Shown here one piece after another: positions 20,164 through 31,591 of a stretch of 64,000 bases of DNA. Under the pieces are notes generated by a model. It was not told the DNA's origin and did no database searches. It saw only the letters and a list, made by a program, of their open reading frames with translations. Source of the stretch: a phage. The stretch lies in sequence record PZ445439.1; one strand, written 5' to 3'. Numbering within the stretch: the first letter of the stretch is position 1; each line of letters begins with the position of its first letter. Made by a program: the position numbers and the translations under genes.

Positions 20164-23100
20164 ATGGCCGACATCAAACGTAAGTTCAGAGCCGAAGACG
20201 GTCTGGACGCCGGTGGCGACAAGATTGTTAACGTAGCATTAGCCGACCGTACAGTAGGTACTGATGGCGTAAACGTTGACTTCCTGGTACAAGAAAACAC
20301 CGTTCAAGTATATGATTCTACGCGTGGATATAACAAAGGATTTGTTGTTCTTTATGACAACCGTTTATATCAAGCAATAAATGATATCGTGTCTCCTTCC
20401 GGGGCATTTAACCTTTTACAATGGCGTGCAGTTCGTACCGATGCACAATGGATAACTGTCGCTTCTGGGACTTATCAACTTTCTTCAGGTGAATCGATTT
20501 CGGTTAACACTGGTGCCGGCAATGATATGGTTTTCACGTTGCCAAATACGCCGGTTGATGGTGATACTGTTGTTTTGGCTGATATTGGTGGAAGAACCGG
20601 GACAGTTAAAGTACAGATTAACGCGTCTGTGCAGAGTATTTTAAACTTTAGAGGTGAACAAGTTCGTACAGTTTTAATGACGCGCCCACGTTCACAACTA
20701 TTGTTTGTGTTTAGTAATCGTTTGTGGCAGATGTATATTACCGATTATGGTAAAGAATCAATCACTGTTACACCTGCGACACCATATCAAGCACAAGCAA
20801 ATGATTTTATCGTTCGTCGTTTTACTAGTGCAGCACCAATCAACATTACACTTCCACGTAATGCTAACAATGGTGATATAATCAGCCTAGTCGATTTAGA
20901 TAGATTAAACCCACTATATCATACAATTGTTAAAACATTTGATGATACAACGTCTATTGGTGAAGTCGGGACTCATATTGCCGAAGGCAGAAATGACTCT
21001 GACGCGTTTTTTGTTTTTGATGCTGCAAATAGTTTATGGCGTATATGGGAAGGCGACCAGAAATCGCGTCTTCGTATTATCCGTGCGGATTCAAATATTC
21101 GTCCAAATGAAGAAGTTCTTATTTTTGGCACAAATAACGCTACAGCCGGAACTATTAATCTTACGCTGCCTTCCGGAATTTTGAGTGGTGACACTGTTAA
21201 AATTTCAATGAACTACATGCGTAAAGGCCAAACAGTAAAAATTAAAGCTGCCGAAGGTGATACAATTGCTTCTTCTGTTGCATTGCTTCAGTTCCCTAAA
21301 CGTTCTGAATATCCACCTGATGCTCAATGGGTCTCTGTTACTGAACTAGAATTCAATGGCACTACTTCATATGTTCCTGTATTAAAATTAGCATATATCG
21401 AAGACACCGTTGCTGGTACACGTTATTGGGTTGTTCAACAAAACGTCCCAACTGTAGAACGTGTTGATGCTGGAACTGATGCTACACGAGCTCGTTTAGG
21501 TGTTATTGCTCTTGCTACTCAAGCGCAAGCAAATGTTGATTTAGAGAATACTCCAGCTAAAGAAGTTGCTATTACTCCGGAAACATTGGCAAATCGTACA
21601 GCAACTGAAGCTCGACGTGGTATCGCTAAAATTGCCACAACAGCACAAGTTAACCAGAATTCCACAGCATCATTTGTGGACGATACTATTGTTACGCCTA
21701 AAAAACTAAATGAGCGTACAGCAACTGAAACTCGTCGCGGTCTTGCTGAAATTGCTACTCAGGCCGAAACCGATGCCGGTCTTGATGACACAACGATTAT
21801 TACACCTAAGAAATTGCAGGCACGTCAGGGCTCTGAAACACTATCTGGTATAGTTAAATATGTATCAACTACTTCTGCTACTCCTGCTGAAACTCGTGGA
21901 ACCGCAGGCACTAACGTTTATAATAAAACCGTAAATAATTTAACTATTTCTCCTAAAGCCCTTGACCAATATAAAGCAACTTATGCTCAACAAGGTGCGG
22001 TAATTTTAGCTGTTGATAGTGAAGTAATTGCTGGTCAATCACAAGCAGGTTATTCTCATGCTGTAGTAACTCCTGAAACACTACATAAGAAAACTTCTAC
22101 TGATGGACGTATTGGTTTAATTGAAATTGCTACGCAAGCAGAAACTAATGCTGGGACTGATTATACACGCGCAGTAACACCTAAGACGTTAAATGATAGG
22201 AAAGCTACGGAAGGATTATCCGGCATAGCCGAACTTGCTACGCAAGTTGAATTTGATACTGGAACTGATGATACTCGTATCTCGACTCCACTGAAAATTA
22301 AAACTCATTTTGATTCTTCTGACCGTACCAGTGTTAATTCTGATTCCGGACTTATTGAAGAAGGAACCTTGTGGAACCATTATACTCTTGATATTTCTAA
22401 AGCAAATGAAACACAACGCGGTACACTTCGCGTAGCGACACAGGCAGAATCTAATGCAGGAACTTTAGATGATGTTCTTATTACTCCTAAAAAGCTTTTA
22501 GGGACTAAGTCCACTGAAACGTCTGAAGGCGTAATTAAGGTTGCTACTCAGGCTGAAACTGTAACAGGAACTTCTGCTAATACTGCTGTATCTCCTAAGA
22601 ATTTAAAATGGATTGTCCAGAAAGAACCAACATGGGCTGCTACTACAGCAATTCGCGGATTCGTTAAAACTTCATCCGGTTCTATTACATTCGTTGGTAA
22701 TGATACAGTCGGTTCTACACAACCTTTAGAATCATATGAGAAAAATAGCTATGCAGTATCACCATATGAATTAAACCGTGTACTTGCTAACTATTTGCCA
22801 TTGAAAGCTAAAGCCGTAGATAGTAATTTATTAGATGGCCTAGATTCATCTCAGTTCATTCGTAGGGACATTGCACAGACGGTTAATGGTTCACTATCCT
22901 TAACCCAACAAACGAATCTGAGTGCCCCTCTTGTATCAACTAGTACTGCTACGTTTGGTGGTTCAGTTTCGGCAAATAGTACATTAACTATTTCTAACTC
23001 TGGAACAGCTACTCGTCTGATTTTTGAAAAAGGACCTCAAACTGGAACTAACCCAGCACAGACGATGACTATCAGAGTTTGGGGAAATGAATTTGGCGGT

Positions 23101-24039
23101 GGTTCAGATACAACACGTTCTACTGTATTTGAAGTTGGCGATGAAACATCTAATCACTTTTATTCTCAACGTAATAAAGCCGGGAATATAACGTTTAGTA
23201 TCAATGGTACTGTGATGCCAATAAATGTTAACGCTTCAGGCACGTTAAATGCGAATGGCGTTGCAACATTTGGTCGTTCAGTTACAGCCAATGGCGAATT
23301 CATTAGCAAGTCTGCAAATGCTTTCAGAGCAATTAGTGGTGATTACGGATTCTTTATTCGCAATGATGCTACTAACACCTATTTTATGCTTACTGCATCA
23401 GGTGACCAGACTGGCGGATTTAATGGATTACGTCCTTTAGCTATTAACAATGCATCTGGTCAAGTAACGATTGGTGAAAGCTTAATCATTGCTAAAGGTG
23501 CTACTATAAATTCAGGTGGTTTAACAGTTAACTCAAGAATTCGTTCTCAGGGTTCTAAAACTGCTGATTTATACACTCGTGCTCCTACTGCTGATACAGT
23601 CGGATTCTGGTCAATTGACGTCAATGATTCAGCTACATATAACCAATTCCCGGGTTATTTTAAAATGGTTGAAAAAACTAATGAAGTGACTGGACTTCCA
23701 TACTTAGAGCGCGGTGAAGAAGTTAAATCTCCTGGTACGCTGACTCAGTTTGGTAACACACTTGATTCGCTTTACCAAGATTGGATTACTTATCCAACGA
23801 CGCCAGAAGCGCGTACCACTCGCTGGACACGTACATGGCAGAAAACCAAAAACTCTTGGTCAAGTTTTGTTCAGGTATTTGATGGAGGTAACCCTCCTCA
23901 GCCGTCTGATATCGGTGCTTTACCATCTGATAATGCTACAATGGGGAATCTTACTATTCGTGATTTCTTACGAATTGGTAATGTTCGCATTGTTCCTGAC
24001 CCAGTGAATAAAACTGTTAAATTTGAATGGGTTGAATAA
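20164..24039 (+). CDS. 34: gp34 long tail fibre proximal subunit
   Basis: 1291 aa, repetitive fibre sequence, first gene of 34-35-36-37-38 operon. Confidence 0.95.
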   Translation: MADIKRKFRAEDGLDAGGDKIVNVALADRTVGTDGVNVDFLVQENTVQVYDSTRGYNKGFVVLYDNRLYQAINDIVSPSGAFNLLQWRAVRTDAQWITVASGTYQLSSGESISVNTGAGNDMVFTLPNTPVDGDTVVLADIGGRTGTVKVQINASVQSILNFRGEQVRTVLMTRPRSQLLFVFSNRLWQMYITDYGKESITVTPATPYQAQANDFIVRRFTSAAPINITLPRNANNGDIISLVDLDRLNPLYHTIVKTFDDTTSIGEVGTHIAEGRNDSDAFFVFDAANSLWRIWEGDQKSRLRIIRADSNIRPNEEVLIFGTNNATAGTINLTLPSGILSGDTVKISMNYMRKGQTVKIKAAEGDTIASSVALLQFPKRSEYPPDAQWVSVTELEFNGTTSYVPVLKLAYIEDTVAGTRYWVVQQNVPTVERVDAGTDATRARLGVIALATQAQANVDLENTPAKEVAITPETLANRTATEARRGIAKIATTAQVNQNSTASFVDDTIVTPKKLNERTATETRRGLAEIATQAETDAGLDDTTIITPKKLQARQGSETLSGIVKYVSTTSATPAETRGTAGTNVYNKTVNNLTISPKALDQYKATYAQQGAVILAVDSEVIAGQSQAGYSHAVVTPETLHKKTSTDGRIGLIEIATQAETNAGTDYTRAVTPKTLNDRKATEGLSGIAELATQVEFDTGTDDTRISTPLKIKTHFDSSDRTSVNSDSGLIEEGTLWNHYTLDISKANETQRGTLRVATQAESNAGTLDDVLITPKKLLGTKSTETSEGVIKVATQAETVTGTSANTAVSPKNLKWIVQKEPTWAATTAIRGFVKTSSGSITFVGNDTVGSTQPLESYEKNSYAVSPYELNRVLANYLPLKAKAVDSNLLDGLDSSQFIRRDIAQTVNGSLSLTQQTNLSAPLVSTSTATFGGSVSANSTLTISNSGTATRLIFEKGPQTGTNPAQTMTIRVWGNEFGGGSDTTRSTVFEVGDETSNHFYSQRNKAGNITFSINGTVMPINVNASGTLNANGVATFGRSVTANGEFISKSANAFRAISGDYGFFIRNDATNTYFMLTASGDQTGGFNGLRPLAINNASGQVTIGESLIIAKGATINSGGLTVNSRIRSQGSKTADLYTRAPTADTVGFWSIDVNDSATYNQFPGYFKMVEKTNEVTGLPYLERGEEVKSPGTLTQFGNTLDSLYQDWITYPTTPEARTTRWTRTWQKTKNSWSSFVQVFDGGNPPQPSDIGALPSDNATMGNLTIRDFLRIGNVRIVPDPVNKTVKFEWVE

Positions 24040-24047
24040 GAGGTATT

Positions 24048-25163
24048 ATGGAAAAATTTATGGCAGAGTTTGGACAAGGATATGTCCAAACGCCATTTTT
24101 ATCGGAAAGTAATTCAGTAAGATATAAAATAAGTATAGCGGGTTCTTGCCCGCTTTCTACCTCAGGACCATATGTTAAATTTCAGGATAATCCTGTAGGA
24201 AGTCAAACATTTAGCGCAGGTCTTCATTTAAGAGTTTTTGACCCTTCAACAGGAGCATTGGTTGATAGTAAGTCATATGCTTTTTCGACTTCAAATGATA
24301 CTACATCAGCGGCTTTTGTTAGTTTCATGAATTCTTTTTCAAGCAATAGACTTGTTGCTATATTAACTAGCGGAAAGGTTAATTTTCCTCCTGAAGTAGT
24401 ATCTTGGCTAAGAGCTGCAGGAACGTCTGCTTTTCCATCTGATTCTATATTGTCAAGATTCGACGTATCATATGCTGCTTTTTATACTTCTTCTAAAAGA
24501 GCTATCGCACTAGAACATGTTAAACTGAGTAATAGAAAAAGCACAGATGATTATCAAACTATTTTAGATGTTGTATTTGACAGTTTAGAAGATGTTGGAG
24601 CTACCGGGTTTCCAAGAAGAACGTATGAAAGCGTTGAGCAATTTATGTCAGCGGTTGGTGGAACTAATAACGAAATTGCGAGATTACCAACTTCATCCGC
24701 GATAAGTAAACTATCTGACTACAATTTAATTCCTGGCGATGTTCTTTATCTTAAAGCACAACTATACGCTGATGCTGATTTACTTGCTCTTGGAACTACG
24801 AATATATCCATTCGTTTTTATAATGCATCTAATGGATATATTTCCTCGACACAAGCTGAGTTTACCGGAAAAGCTGGGTCTTGGGAATTAAAAGAAGATT
24901 ATGTAGTTGTTCCAGAAAACGCCGTGGGATTTACGATATATGCGCAAAGAACTGCAAAAGCAGGTCAAGGTGGTATGAGAAATTTAAGCTTTTCTGAAGT
25001 GTCAAGAAATGGAGGTATTTCGAAACCTGCTGAGTTTGGCGTCAACGGCATTCGAGTTAATTATGTCTGTGAATCCGCTTCACCTCCGGATATAATGGTA
25101 CTTCCTACGCAATCATCGTCTAAAACTGGTAAAGTATTTGGGCAAGAATTTAGAGAAGTTTAA
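24048..25163 (+). CDS. 35: gp35 long tail fibre hinge protein
   Basis: 371 aa, position after gene 34. Confidence 0.9.
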   Translation: MEKFMAEFGQGYVQTPFLSESNSVRYKISIAGSCPLSTSGPYVKFQDNPVGSQTFSAGLHLRVFDPSTGALVDSKSYAFSTSNDTTSAAFVSFMNSFSSNRLVAILTSGKVNFPPEVVSWLRAAGTSAFPSDSILSRFDVSYAAFYTSSKRAIALEHVKLSNRKSTDDYQTILDVVFDSLEDVGATGFPRRTYESVEQFMSAVGGTNNEIARLPTSSAISKLSDYNLIPGDVLYLKAQLYADADLLALGTTNISIRFYNASNGYISSTQAEFTGKAGSWELKEDYVVVPENAVGFTIYAQRTAKAGQGGMRNLSFSEVSRNGGISKPAEFGVNGIRVNYVCESASPPDIMVLPTQSSSKTGKVFGQEFREV

Positions 25164-25168
25164 ATTGA

Positions 25169-25192
25169 GGGAGCCTTCGGGTTCCCTTTTTC
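25169..25192 (+). terminator. intrinsic terminator after gene 35 (GGGAGCC-UUCG-GGUUCCC then U tract)
   Basis: stem-loop with UUCG loop followed by TTTTTCTTT. Confidence 0.55.
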
Positions 25193-25194
25193 TT

Positions 25195-25202
25195 TATAAA
25201 TA
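25195..25202 (+). promoter_or_regulatory. late promoter TATAAATA for gene 36
   Basis: exact TATAAATA about 24 nt upstream of gene 36 ATG. Confidence 0.55.
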
Positions 25203-25225
25203 CTATTAAAATAAAGGGGCATACA

Positions 25226-25888
25226 ATGGCTGATTTAAAAGTAGGTTCAACAACTGGAGGCTCTGTCATTTGGCATCAAGGAAATTTTCCATTGAATCCA
25301 GCCGGTGACGATGTACTCTATAAATCATTTAAAATATATTCAGAATACAATAAACCACAAGCAGCTGATAACGATTTCGTTTCTAAAGCTAATGGTGGTA
25401 CTTACGCCGCGACTGTTCGATTTAATGGAGGCGTACATGTTCCTACTATAGGTAGTAGTCAACAGTGCGGCGTTTATCCAGGCAACGGTGATGCAGCTAC
25501 TTTTGCTATGGCAAATATTGACATCGTTTCGTGGAATGGTATTGGTTTTAAATCATCACAAGGTTCAGCAGACCGAACTGTTGTAATTAATGCACGTAAT
25601 GGTGATATTAGTACAAAAGGCGTCGTGACAGCAGTAGGTCAAATAAGAAGTAATGCAGTTTCTCCTGTAGCAGCGAATGACCTAACTCGCAAAGATTATG
25701 TTGATGGAGCAATAAATACTGTTACAGCAAATGCGAACTCTAGAGTGTTACGATCTGGCGACACTATGACGGGTAACTTAACCGCACCAAACTTTTTTTC
25801 GCAGAATCCTGCATCTCAACCTTCACACGTTCCACGATTTGACCAAATCGTAATTAAGGATTCTGTTCAAGATTTCGGCTATTATTAA
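25226..25888 (+). CDS. 36: gp36 long tail fibre distal connector
   Basis: 220 aa, position and size as T4 gp36. Confidence 0.9.
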   Translation: MADLKVGSTTGGSVIWHQGNFPLNPAGDDVLYKSFKIYSEYNKPQAADNDFVSKANGGTYAATVRFNGGVHVPTIGSSQQCGVYPGNGDAATFAMANIDIVSWNGIGFKSSQGSADRTVVINARNGDISTKGVVTAVGQIRSNAVSPVAANDLTRKDYVDGAINTVTANANSRVLRSGDTMTGNLTAPNFFSQNPASQPSHVPRFDQIVIKDSVQDFGYY

Positions 25889-25896
25889 GAGGACTT

Positions 25897-28800
25897 ATGG
25901 CTACTTTAAAACAAATACAATTTAAAAGAAGCAAAACCGCAGGTGCACGTCCTGCTGCTTCAGTATTAGCCGAAGGTGAATTGGCTATAAACTTAAAAGA
26001 TAGAACACTTTTTACTAAAGATGATTCAGGAAATATCATCGACTTAAGCATTTCTGCTGGCGGTAGTATCAGTGGAAATATCACTCAAACTGGTGATTAT
26101 TTACAAAATGGAACATATAATCTTAATGGAAACCAGTTTGTTTATGCAGGAAAATATATTGAATTTTTACCTAAAACTGCTGGTAATGGTGCTTGGGCAA
26201 ATCAACACCTAAATAAAGCTCCTATTTTTACGGATTTAAGTTCAACTACTTCCGTTTCAGAATACCATCCGCTAATTAAGCAGCGTTATAAAGATGGGAC
26301 TTTTTCAGCGGGTACATTGGTTGCTGAAGGAAGTTTTAAGATTCATTACATCAATGAATCTGGGGATTCGAAATATTGGACTTTTAATCGTAATGGTAAT
26401 TTCCAAGTTGACACAGGCGATTTATTTGTCAGCAAAGGTAATATTTCCGCTTCAGGCAATATTAATTCAGCTACTGGAATAGTTTCTGCTCCACAGATTA
26501 ATACAAAAACCATAGTTTTTGATACAAAGGCATTCGGACAATACGATTCGCAGTCATTAGTTCAATATGTTTATCCTGGAACAGGTGAAGAAAATGGTAT
26601 AAACTATCTTCGTAAAGTTCGAGCTAAATCAGGCGGAACTATTTACCATGAAATCGCTTCAGCTCAAACCGGTAAGAATGATGAAATTTCTTGGTGGACT
26701 GGAAATTCGCTTACTACTAAATTAATGGGTCTTCGTAATGATGGCGCAATGGTATTACGTCGTTCACTTGCTATTGGCACAATTACCGCTGATGAAAATA
26801 CTAACAACTATGGTTCTCCTACTCCAATGGGAGAAAGATATATTGCTTTGGGTGATGCTGCAACCGGTTTAAAATATATTAAGCAAGGTGTTTATGATTT
26901 AGTAGGTAATTGGAATTCTGTTGCTTCTATTACTCCTGACAGTTTCCGCAGTACTCGCAAAGGTTTATTTGGACGTTCAGAAGACCAAGGCGGAACCTGG
27001 ACAATGCCTGGAACGAACGCTGCTCTCTTGTCTGTTCAAACCCAGGCAGATGTGAATAACGCAGGCGATGGTCAAACCCACATTGGATATAATTCTGGCG
27101 GTAAATTTTCCCATTATTTCCGCGGTAAAGGCCAAACCAACATTAATACGCAGGAAGGTATGGAAATTAACCCTGGTATTTTGAAATTGGTAACTGGCTC
27201 TAATAACGTACAGTTTTATGCTAATGGAACAGTATCTTCAATACAAAGAATTAAATTTGATAACGGATTAGTTCTTACTGGTGCTAGACCTGATGGTATT
27301 CAACTTGATGCGCCTACATCAGTAGATGGCACTAAAACTATACTGTGGGCTGGTGGTACTCGCGCAGGTCAGAATAAAAGTTATGTATCTATTAAAGCGT
27401 GGGGTAATTCATTTAACGCATCTGGCGATCGCACTCGTGAATCAGTTTTTGAAGTAGCTGATGGACAAGGTTATTATTTTTATGCGCAACGTATAGCTCC
27501 TGCACCAGGTTCAACAACTGGAGTAATTCAATTTAGAGTTGCTGGAGCATTATTAACCGGTGGTGGTATTACATCATCTGGTTCTATTGTTACTGAATCA
27601 AGTTTAGTTGCAAATAATGGATTATCTGTAAATGGTCAGGCTAAATTTGGTGGAACGGCAGATGCATTAAGAATTTGGAACGCTGAATATGGTGCTATTT
27701 TCCGTCGTTCAGAAGCATCATTACATATTATCCCGACTCCTAAAGATGCTGGTGAAAGTGGTGGAATAAGTAATCTCCGCCCGCTTAGTATTAGCCTTAA
27801 TAATGGTATGGTGCAAATGCGTCATTCTGTTACGTTAGGCGATGATGGTGCAGGCGGTAATATGGTGACGGTTGATAATGATTCTAAAGTTATGGTAATG
27901 ACGACTAATAGCCGTATTAGTCCTAACTTCCGTATGCAAATTGGACAGTCGTCTTATATTGATGCTGAATGTACTAATGCTGTTAGACCGGCTGGCGCAG
28001 GTTCTTTTGCTTCGCAAAATAATGAAAATGTTCGTGCTCCGTTCTATATGAATATTGATAGAACTGATACTAGTACATATGTTCCAATTGTTAAACAGAG
28101 ATATGTGCAAAATAATAGTTGCTATTCTATCGGTACTTTAATTAATGGTGGTAATTTTAGAGTTCATTATCATGAAGGTGGTGATGGCGGTTCTACTGGC
28201 GCGATTATAAAGGATTTAGGTTGGGAATTTAATAAAAACGGTGATTTTTACTCTCCTGGTAAATTAGGTGCTGGTAATGTTCGTATTGGTACTGATGGTA
28301 ATATCACGGGGGGTTCATTACCTAACTTTGCTAACTTGAACTTGACATTAGATCGTAAAGTCAATACCCGAATGGTTTCTTATTCAGGTACTGGCGGTTG
28401 GTACAAATTAGCCACTGTAACAATGCCACAATCCACTTCAACCGTCACATTCGAAATTGCTGGTGGTAATGGCTATAATGTTAACACCCCACACCAATGC
28501 GTTACTTCGAAAATTGTTTTAAGAACTTCGAACAATAACCCGAAAGGTATTAATGCTGTTGTTTGGTCGATGGATACCGATCAGGGTATTAAGAATGTTG
28601 CAACGGTTAATACATCAGGCGATGTTTATGACATCTATGTAAACGTTGGTACTTATGCTCAGGCGTTAGCAGTTTCTTATTATGCTACTCCTAATGCTAC
28701 CATTAACCAGGTATTTGCAACGGACCAACCGGGTGCAACAGAAACTGCGGTTGAACTTCCTGAGACGGCTATTCAAGGACAGGTTGCTAGTGTTCTGAAT

Positions 28801-29805
28801 AACTTGGCTCTTACCCCGAACGGTGTAAAACGTTATGAAGCCGATTCTGAAATAGCTATTAATAGCCAAACTGGCATTCGTATTAGAAGCAACAGCGATA
28901 AAACTGGTTCTGTTGCTACAATGCTACGAAATGATGGTGGTAGTTTTTATATTCTGTTTACAGATAAAAATGCCACCGATGGCGCAGCAACTGTTAATGG
29001 TGATTGGAATAGTAAACGTCCTTTCGCAATTAACTTAACAACCGGCGAAGTGCTAATGAATAACGGCATAGCTGTTCGCAGCGCTGCTTTATTCTATAAT
29101 AGCATAAACGTCAAAGATAATGGTTCTATTAACTTTGATAAGTCCGGAGCTAACCCAAGAAATATGAGAATATTTCATGCTGGCGATGGCACTCGTGGTA
29201 ATCGCATTGAAATTGCCGATGAAACTAACTATATTGCTTACTTCCAAAAATTACCTGGTGGTCAAAACCAAGTTTCATTCAATAGCGCTACACTTTCTGG
29301 ATTAACACAGTGTAATCAATTTGGTGTTAACACAACAAACGCACTTGGTGGAAACAGTATAACATTTGGTGATACCGATACTGGTATTAAGCAAAATGGC
29401 GATGGATTATTAGACATATATGCGAACAACGTACAAGTGTTCCGTTTCCAAAACGGTGATTTGTACTCATACAAAAATATAAATGCTCCAAACGTTTATA
29501 TTCGTTCTGATATTCGTTTAAAATCCAACTTTAAGCCTATCGAAAATGCACTTGATAAAGTTGAAAAACTTAACGGTGTCATTTACGATAAGGCTGAATA
29601 CATCGGTGGAGATGCAATTGAAACTGAAGCGGGTATTGTGGCTCAAACGTTACAAGACGTTTTACCAGAAGCTGTCCGTGAAACAGAAGACAGTAAGGGT
29701 AATAAAATACTCACTGTTTCTTCTCAAGCCCAGATTGCTCTTCTAGTTGAAGCTGTGAAAACACTTTCTGCTCGTGTAAAAGAACTCGAATCTAAACTTA
29801 TGTAA
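25897..29805 (+). CDS. 37: gp37 long tail fibre distal subunit, T2-type with C-terminal intramolecular chaperone domain
   Basis: 1302 aa; conserved N-terminus; C-terminal ..[17 protein letters not shown].. chaperone-like domain. Confidence 0.95.
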   Translation: MATLKQIQFKRSKTAGARPAASVLAEGELAINLKDRTLFTKDDSGNIIDLSISAGGSISGNITQTGDYLQNGTYNLNGNQFVYAGKYIEFLPKTAGNGAWANQHLNKAPIFTDLSSTTSVSEYHPLIKQRYKDGTFSAGTLVAEGSFKIHYINESGDSKYWTFNRNGNFQVDTGDLFVSKGNISASGNINSATGIVSAPQINTKTIVFDTKAFGQYDSQSLVQYVYPGTGEENGINYLRKVRAKSGGTIYHEIASAQTGKNDEISWWTGNSLTTKLMGLRNDGAMVLRRSLAIGTITADENTNNYGSPTPMGERYIALGDAATGLKYIKQGVYDLVGNWNSVASITPDSFRSTRKGLFGRSEDQGGTWTMPGTNAALLSVQTQADVNNAGDGQTHIGYNSGGKFSHYFRGKGQTNINTQEGMEINPGILKLVTGSNNVQFYANGTVSSIQRIKFDNGLVLTGARPDGIQLDAPTSVDGTKTILWAGGTRAGQNKSYVSIKAWGNSFNASGDRTRESVFEVADGQGYYFYAQRIAPAPGSTTGVIQFRVAGALLTGGGITSSGSIVTESSLVANNGLSVNGQAKFGGTADALRIWNAEYGAIFRRSEASLHIIPTPKDAGESGGISNLRPLSISLNNGMVQMRHSVTLGDDGAGGNMVTVDNDSKVMVMTTNSRISPNFRMQIGQSSYIDAECTNAVRPAGAGSFASQNNENVRAPFYMNIDRTDTSTYVPIVKQRYVQNNSCYSIGTLINGGNFRVHYHEGGDGGSTGAIIKDLGWEFNKNGDFYSPGKLGAGNVRIGTDGNITGGSLPNFANLNLTLDRKVNTRMVSYSGTGGWYKLATVTMPQSTSTVTFEIAGGNGYNVNTPHQCVTSKIVLRTSNNNPKGINAVVWSMDTDQGIKNVATVNTSGDVYDIYVNVGTYAQALAVSYYATPNATINQVFATDQPGATETAVELPETAIQGQVASVLNNLALTPNGVKRYEADSEIAINSQTGIRIRSNSDKTGSVATMLRNDGGSFYILFTDKNATDGAATVNGDWNSKRPFAINLTTGEVLMNNGIAVRSAALFYNSINVKDNGSINFDKSGANPRNMRIFHAGDGTRGNRIEIADETNYIAYFQKLPGGQNQVSFNSATLSGLTQCNQFGVNTTNALGGNSITFGDTDTGIKQNGDGLLDIYANNVQVFRFQNGDLYSYKNINAPNVYIRSDIRLKSNFKPIENALDKVEKLNGVIYDKAEYIGGDAIETEAGIVAQTLQDVLPEAVRETEDSKGNKILTVSSQAQIALLVEAVKTLSARVKELESKLM

Positions 29806-29835
29806 AAGAGGGCTTCGTCCCTCTAAGGATTTTTA

Positions 29836-30618
29836 ATGGCAATTGTAGGTGTTCCTGGCTGGATTGGTGAATCTGCCGTGAATGAAACTGGACAACGTTG
29901 GATGGATGCTGCAATGAGAGCAGTCCGTGTTTCAGTTCCTGGTTGGATGAGCTCAATGGCTGGGCAATCTAAAGAGATTCATTATAGCATTGGTGCTAGT
30001 AATTCTTATAATAAAGACACATTAATAAACTGGATAAAAGCCCAAGGAAGTACTCCTGTTGTTATTACTATTACAGGAAATATTGTTTCTCAATCTACTG
30101 GTGTTCCGTGTCTGGATTTCCCTAGTTCGTTGACCAATGCATATGTTACGTTGATCATTAACTCTGGCGTGACTGTCTATGGACGTGGGGGTAATGGTGG
30201 TAGTAACGCTGCCGGTGCTGCTGGTGGTAACGCAATTAATAATGGCATCGGTACACGCTTGCGTATTACGAATAATGGTGCAATCGCTGGCGGCGGCGGC
30301 GGCGGTGGCGGCGGTAACAGGGGTAAACTAATATTTGGTGGTGGCGGTGGTCGCCCATTCGGTGCTGGTGGGTCTTCCTCTCATATGAGTTCCGGTGCAA
30401 CTGCTGGTACTATTTCCGCTCCTGGTAAAGGATCTGTTGGTGAGGGGTCTCTTAGCGCATATACAGGCGGTGCGGGCGGTAACGTTGGTGCTGCTGGAGG
30501 AAGATGTAATACCCAAGGTAACGGTACAGAATATAACGGCGGCGCAGCTGGTAAAGCTGTTACCGGTAATGCTCCAACTTGGACTAAAGTTGGTACAATA
30601 TATGGTTCAAGAGTATAA
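29836..30618 (+). CDS. 38: gp38 tail-fibre tip adhesin, T2-type, with glycine-rich motifs
   Basis: 260 aa with conserved N-terminus and poly-Gly blocks (GGGGGGGGGN.., FGGGGGRPFGAGG). Confidence 0.85.
   Translation: MAIVGVPGWIGESAVNETGQRWMDAAMRAVRVSVPGWMSSMAGQSKEIHYSIGASNSYNKDTLINWIKAQGSTPVVITITGNIVSQSTGVPCLDFPSSLTNAYVTLIINSGVTVYGRGGNGGSNAAGAAGGNAINNGIGTRLRITNNGAIAGGGGGGGGGNRGKLIFGGGGGRPFGAGGSSSHMSSGATAGTISAPGKGSVGEGSLSAYTGGAGGNVGAAGGRCNTQGNGTEYNGGAAGKAVTGNAPTWTKVGTIYGSRV
30289..30316 (+). repeat. (GGC)n-type trinucleotide run encoding poly-Gly in gp38
   Basis: near-perfect GGC/GGT repeats seen directly. Confidence 0.6.
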
Positions 30619-30649
30619 TTTTGAATAAATATCCTTAAAAGGAGGGTCT

Positions 30650-31306
30650 ATGGCAGCACCTAGAATATCATTTTCGCCCTCTGATATTCTGTTTGGTGTT
30701 CTAGATCGCTTGTTCAAAGATAACGCTACCGGGAAAGTTCTTGCTTCCCGGGTAGCTGTCGTAATTCTTTTGTTTATAATGGCGATTGTTTGGTATAGGG
30801 GAGATAGTTTCTTTGAGTACTATAAGCAATCAAAGTATGAAACATACAGTGAAATTATTGAAAAGGAAAGAAATGCACGCTTTGAATCTGTCGCCCTGGA
30901 ACAACTCCAGATAGTTCATATATCATCTGAGGCAGACTTTAGTGCGGTGTATTCTTTCCGCCCTAAAAACTTAAACTATTTTGTCGATATTATAGCATAT
31001 GAAGGAAAATTACCTTCAACAATAAGTGAAAAATCACTTGGAGGATATCCTGTTGATAAAACTATGGATGAATATACAGTTCATTTAAATGGACGTCATT
31101 ATTATTCTGACTCAAAATTTGCTTTTTTACCAACTAAAAAGCCTACTCCCGAAATAAACTACATGTACAGTTGTCCATATTTTAATTTGGATAATATCTA
31201 TGCTGGAACGATAACCATGTACTGGTATAGAAATGATCATATAAGTAATGACCGCCTTGAATCAATATGTTCACAGGCGGCCAGAATATTAGGAAGGGCT
31301 AAATAA
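30650..31306 (+). CDS. t: holin T
   Basis: 218 aa, N-terminal TM segment, matches recalled T4 holin. Confidence 0.9.
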   Translation: MAAPRISFSPSDILFGVLDRLFKDNATGKVLASRVAVVILLFIMAIVWYRGDSFFEYYKQSKYETYSEIIEKERNARFESVALEQLQIVHISSEADFSAVYSFRPKNLNYFVDIIAYEGKLPSTISEKSLGGYPVDKTMDEYTVHLNGRHYYSDSKFAFLPTKKPTPEINYMYSCPYFNLDNIYAGTITMYWYRNDHISNDRLESICSQAARILGRAK

Positions 31307-31579
31307 TTATTTGTTCGTATACATCTCTAGATATCGATATACACCCTCAAAACCCTCGTTGAATTCGTCGATGAGGGTTTTCTTATCTTCTTTGGTTAAT
31401 TCAGAAACAATTTTACGGAATGAATTCTGATTTAATTTTCTACCTTCATGCGTTACTCCAATCTCATTCAGAAATGCAATAAAATTAGCACGATTCTCAA
31501 CAATATCTTCTCTGGAAAATTTAATCAAAATAGACGCAACAGTAATAATTTCACGAACTGTATCAATATTTTTATTCAT
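31307..31579 (-). CDS. asiA: anti-sigma-70 factor AsiA
   Basis: 90 aa, matches recalled T4 AsiA. Confidence 0.9.
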   Translation of the reverse strand: MNKNIDTVREIITVASILIKFSREDIVENRANFIAFLNEIGVTHEGRKLNQNSFRKIVSELTKEDKKTLIDEFNEGFEGVYRYLEMYTNK

Positions 31580-31591
31580 TAACTATACCAC

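Noticed and set aside
20091-20300. 69 aa minus-strand ORF
   Set aside because: Overlaps the start of gene 34 on the opposite strand and the divergent promoter region; Ser/Thr/Arg-rich spurious frame
27835-28110. 91 aa minus-strand ORF inside gene 37 (and similar ORFs at 28666..28869, 22216..22416, 23898..24089)
   Set aside because: Antisense within confidently identified tail-fibre genes; no start signals
30289-30316. Possible CRISPR-like or minisatellite array at the G-rich repeat
   Set aside because: It is an in-frame trinucleotide run encoding the poly-Gly motif of gp38; no spacer-repeat periodicity anywhere in the window
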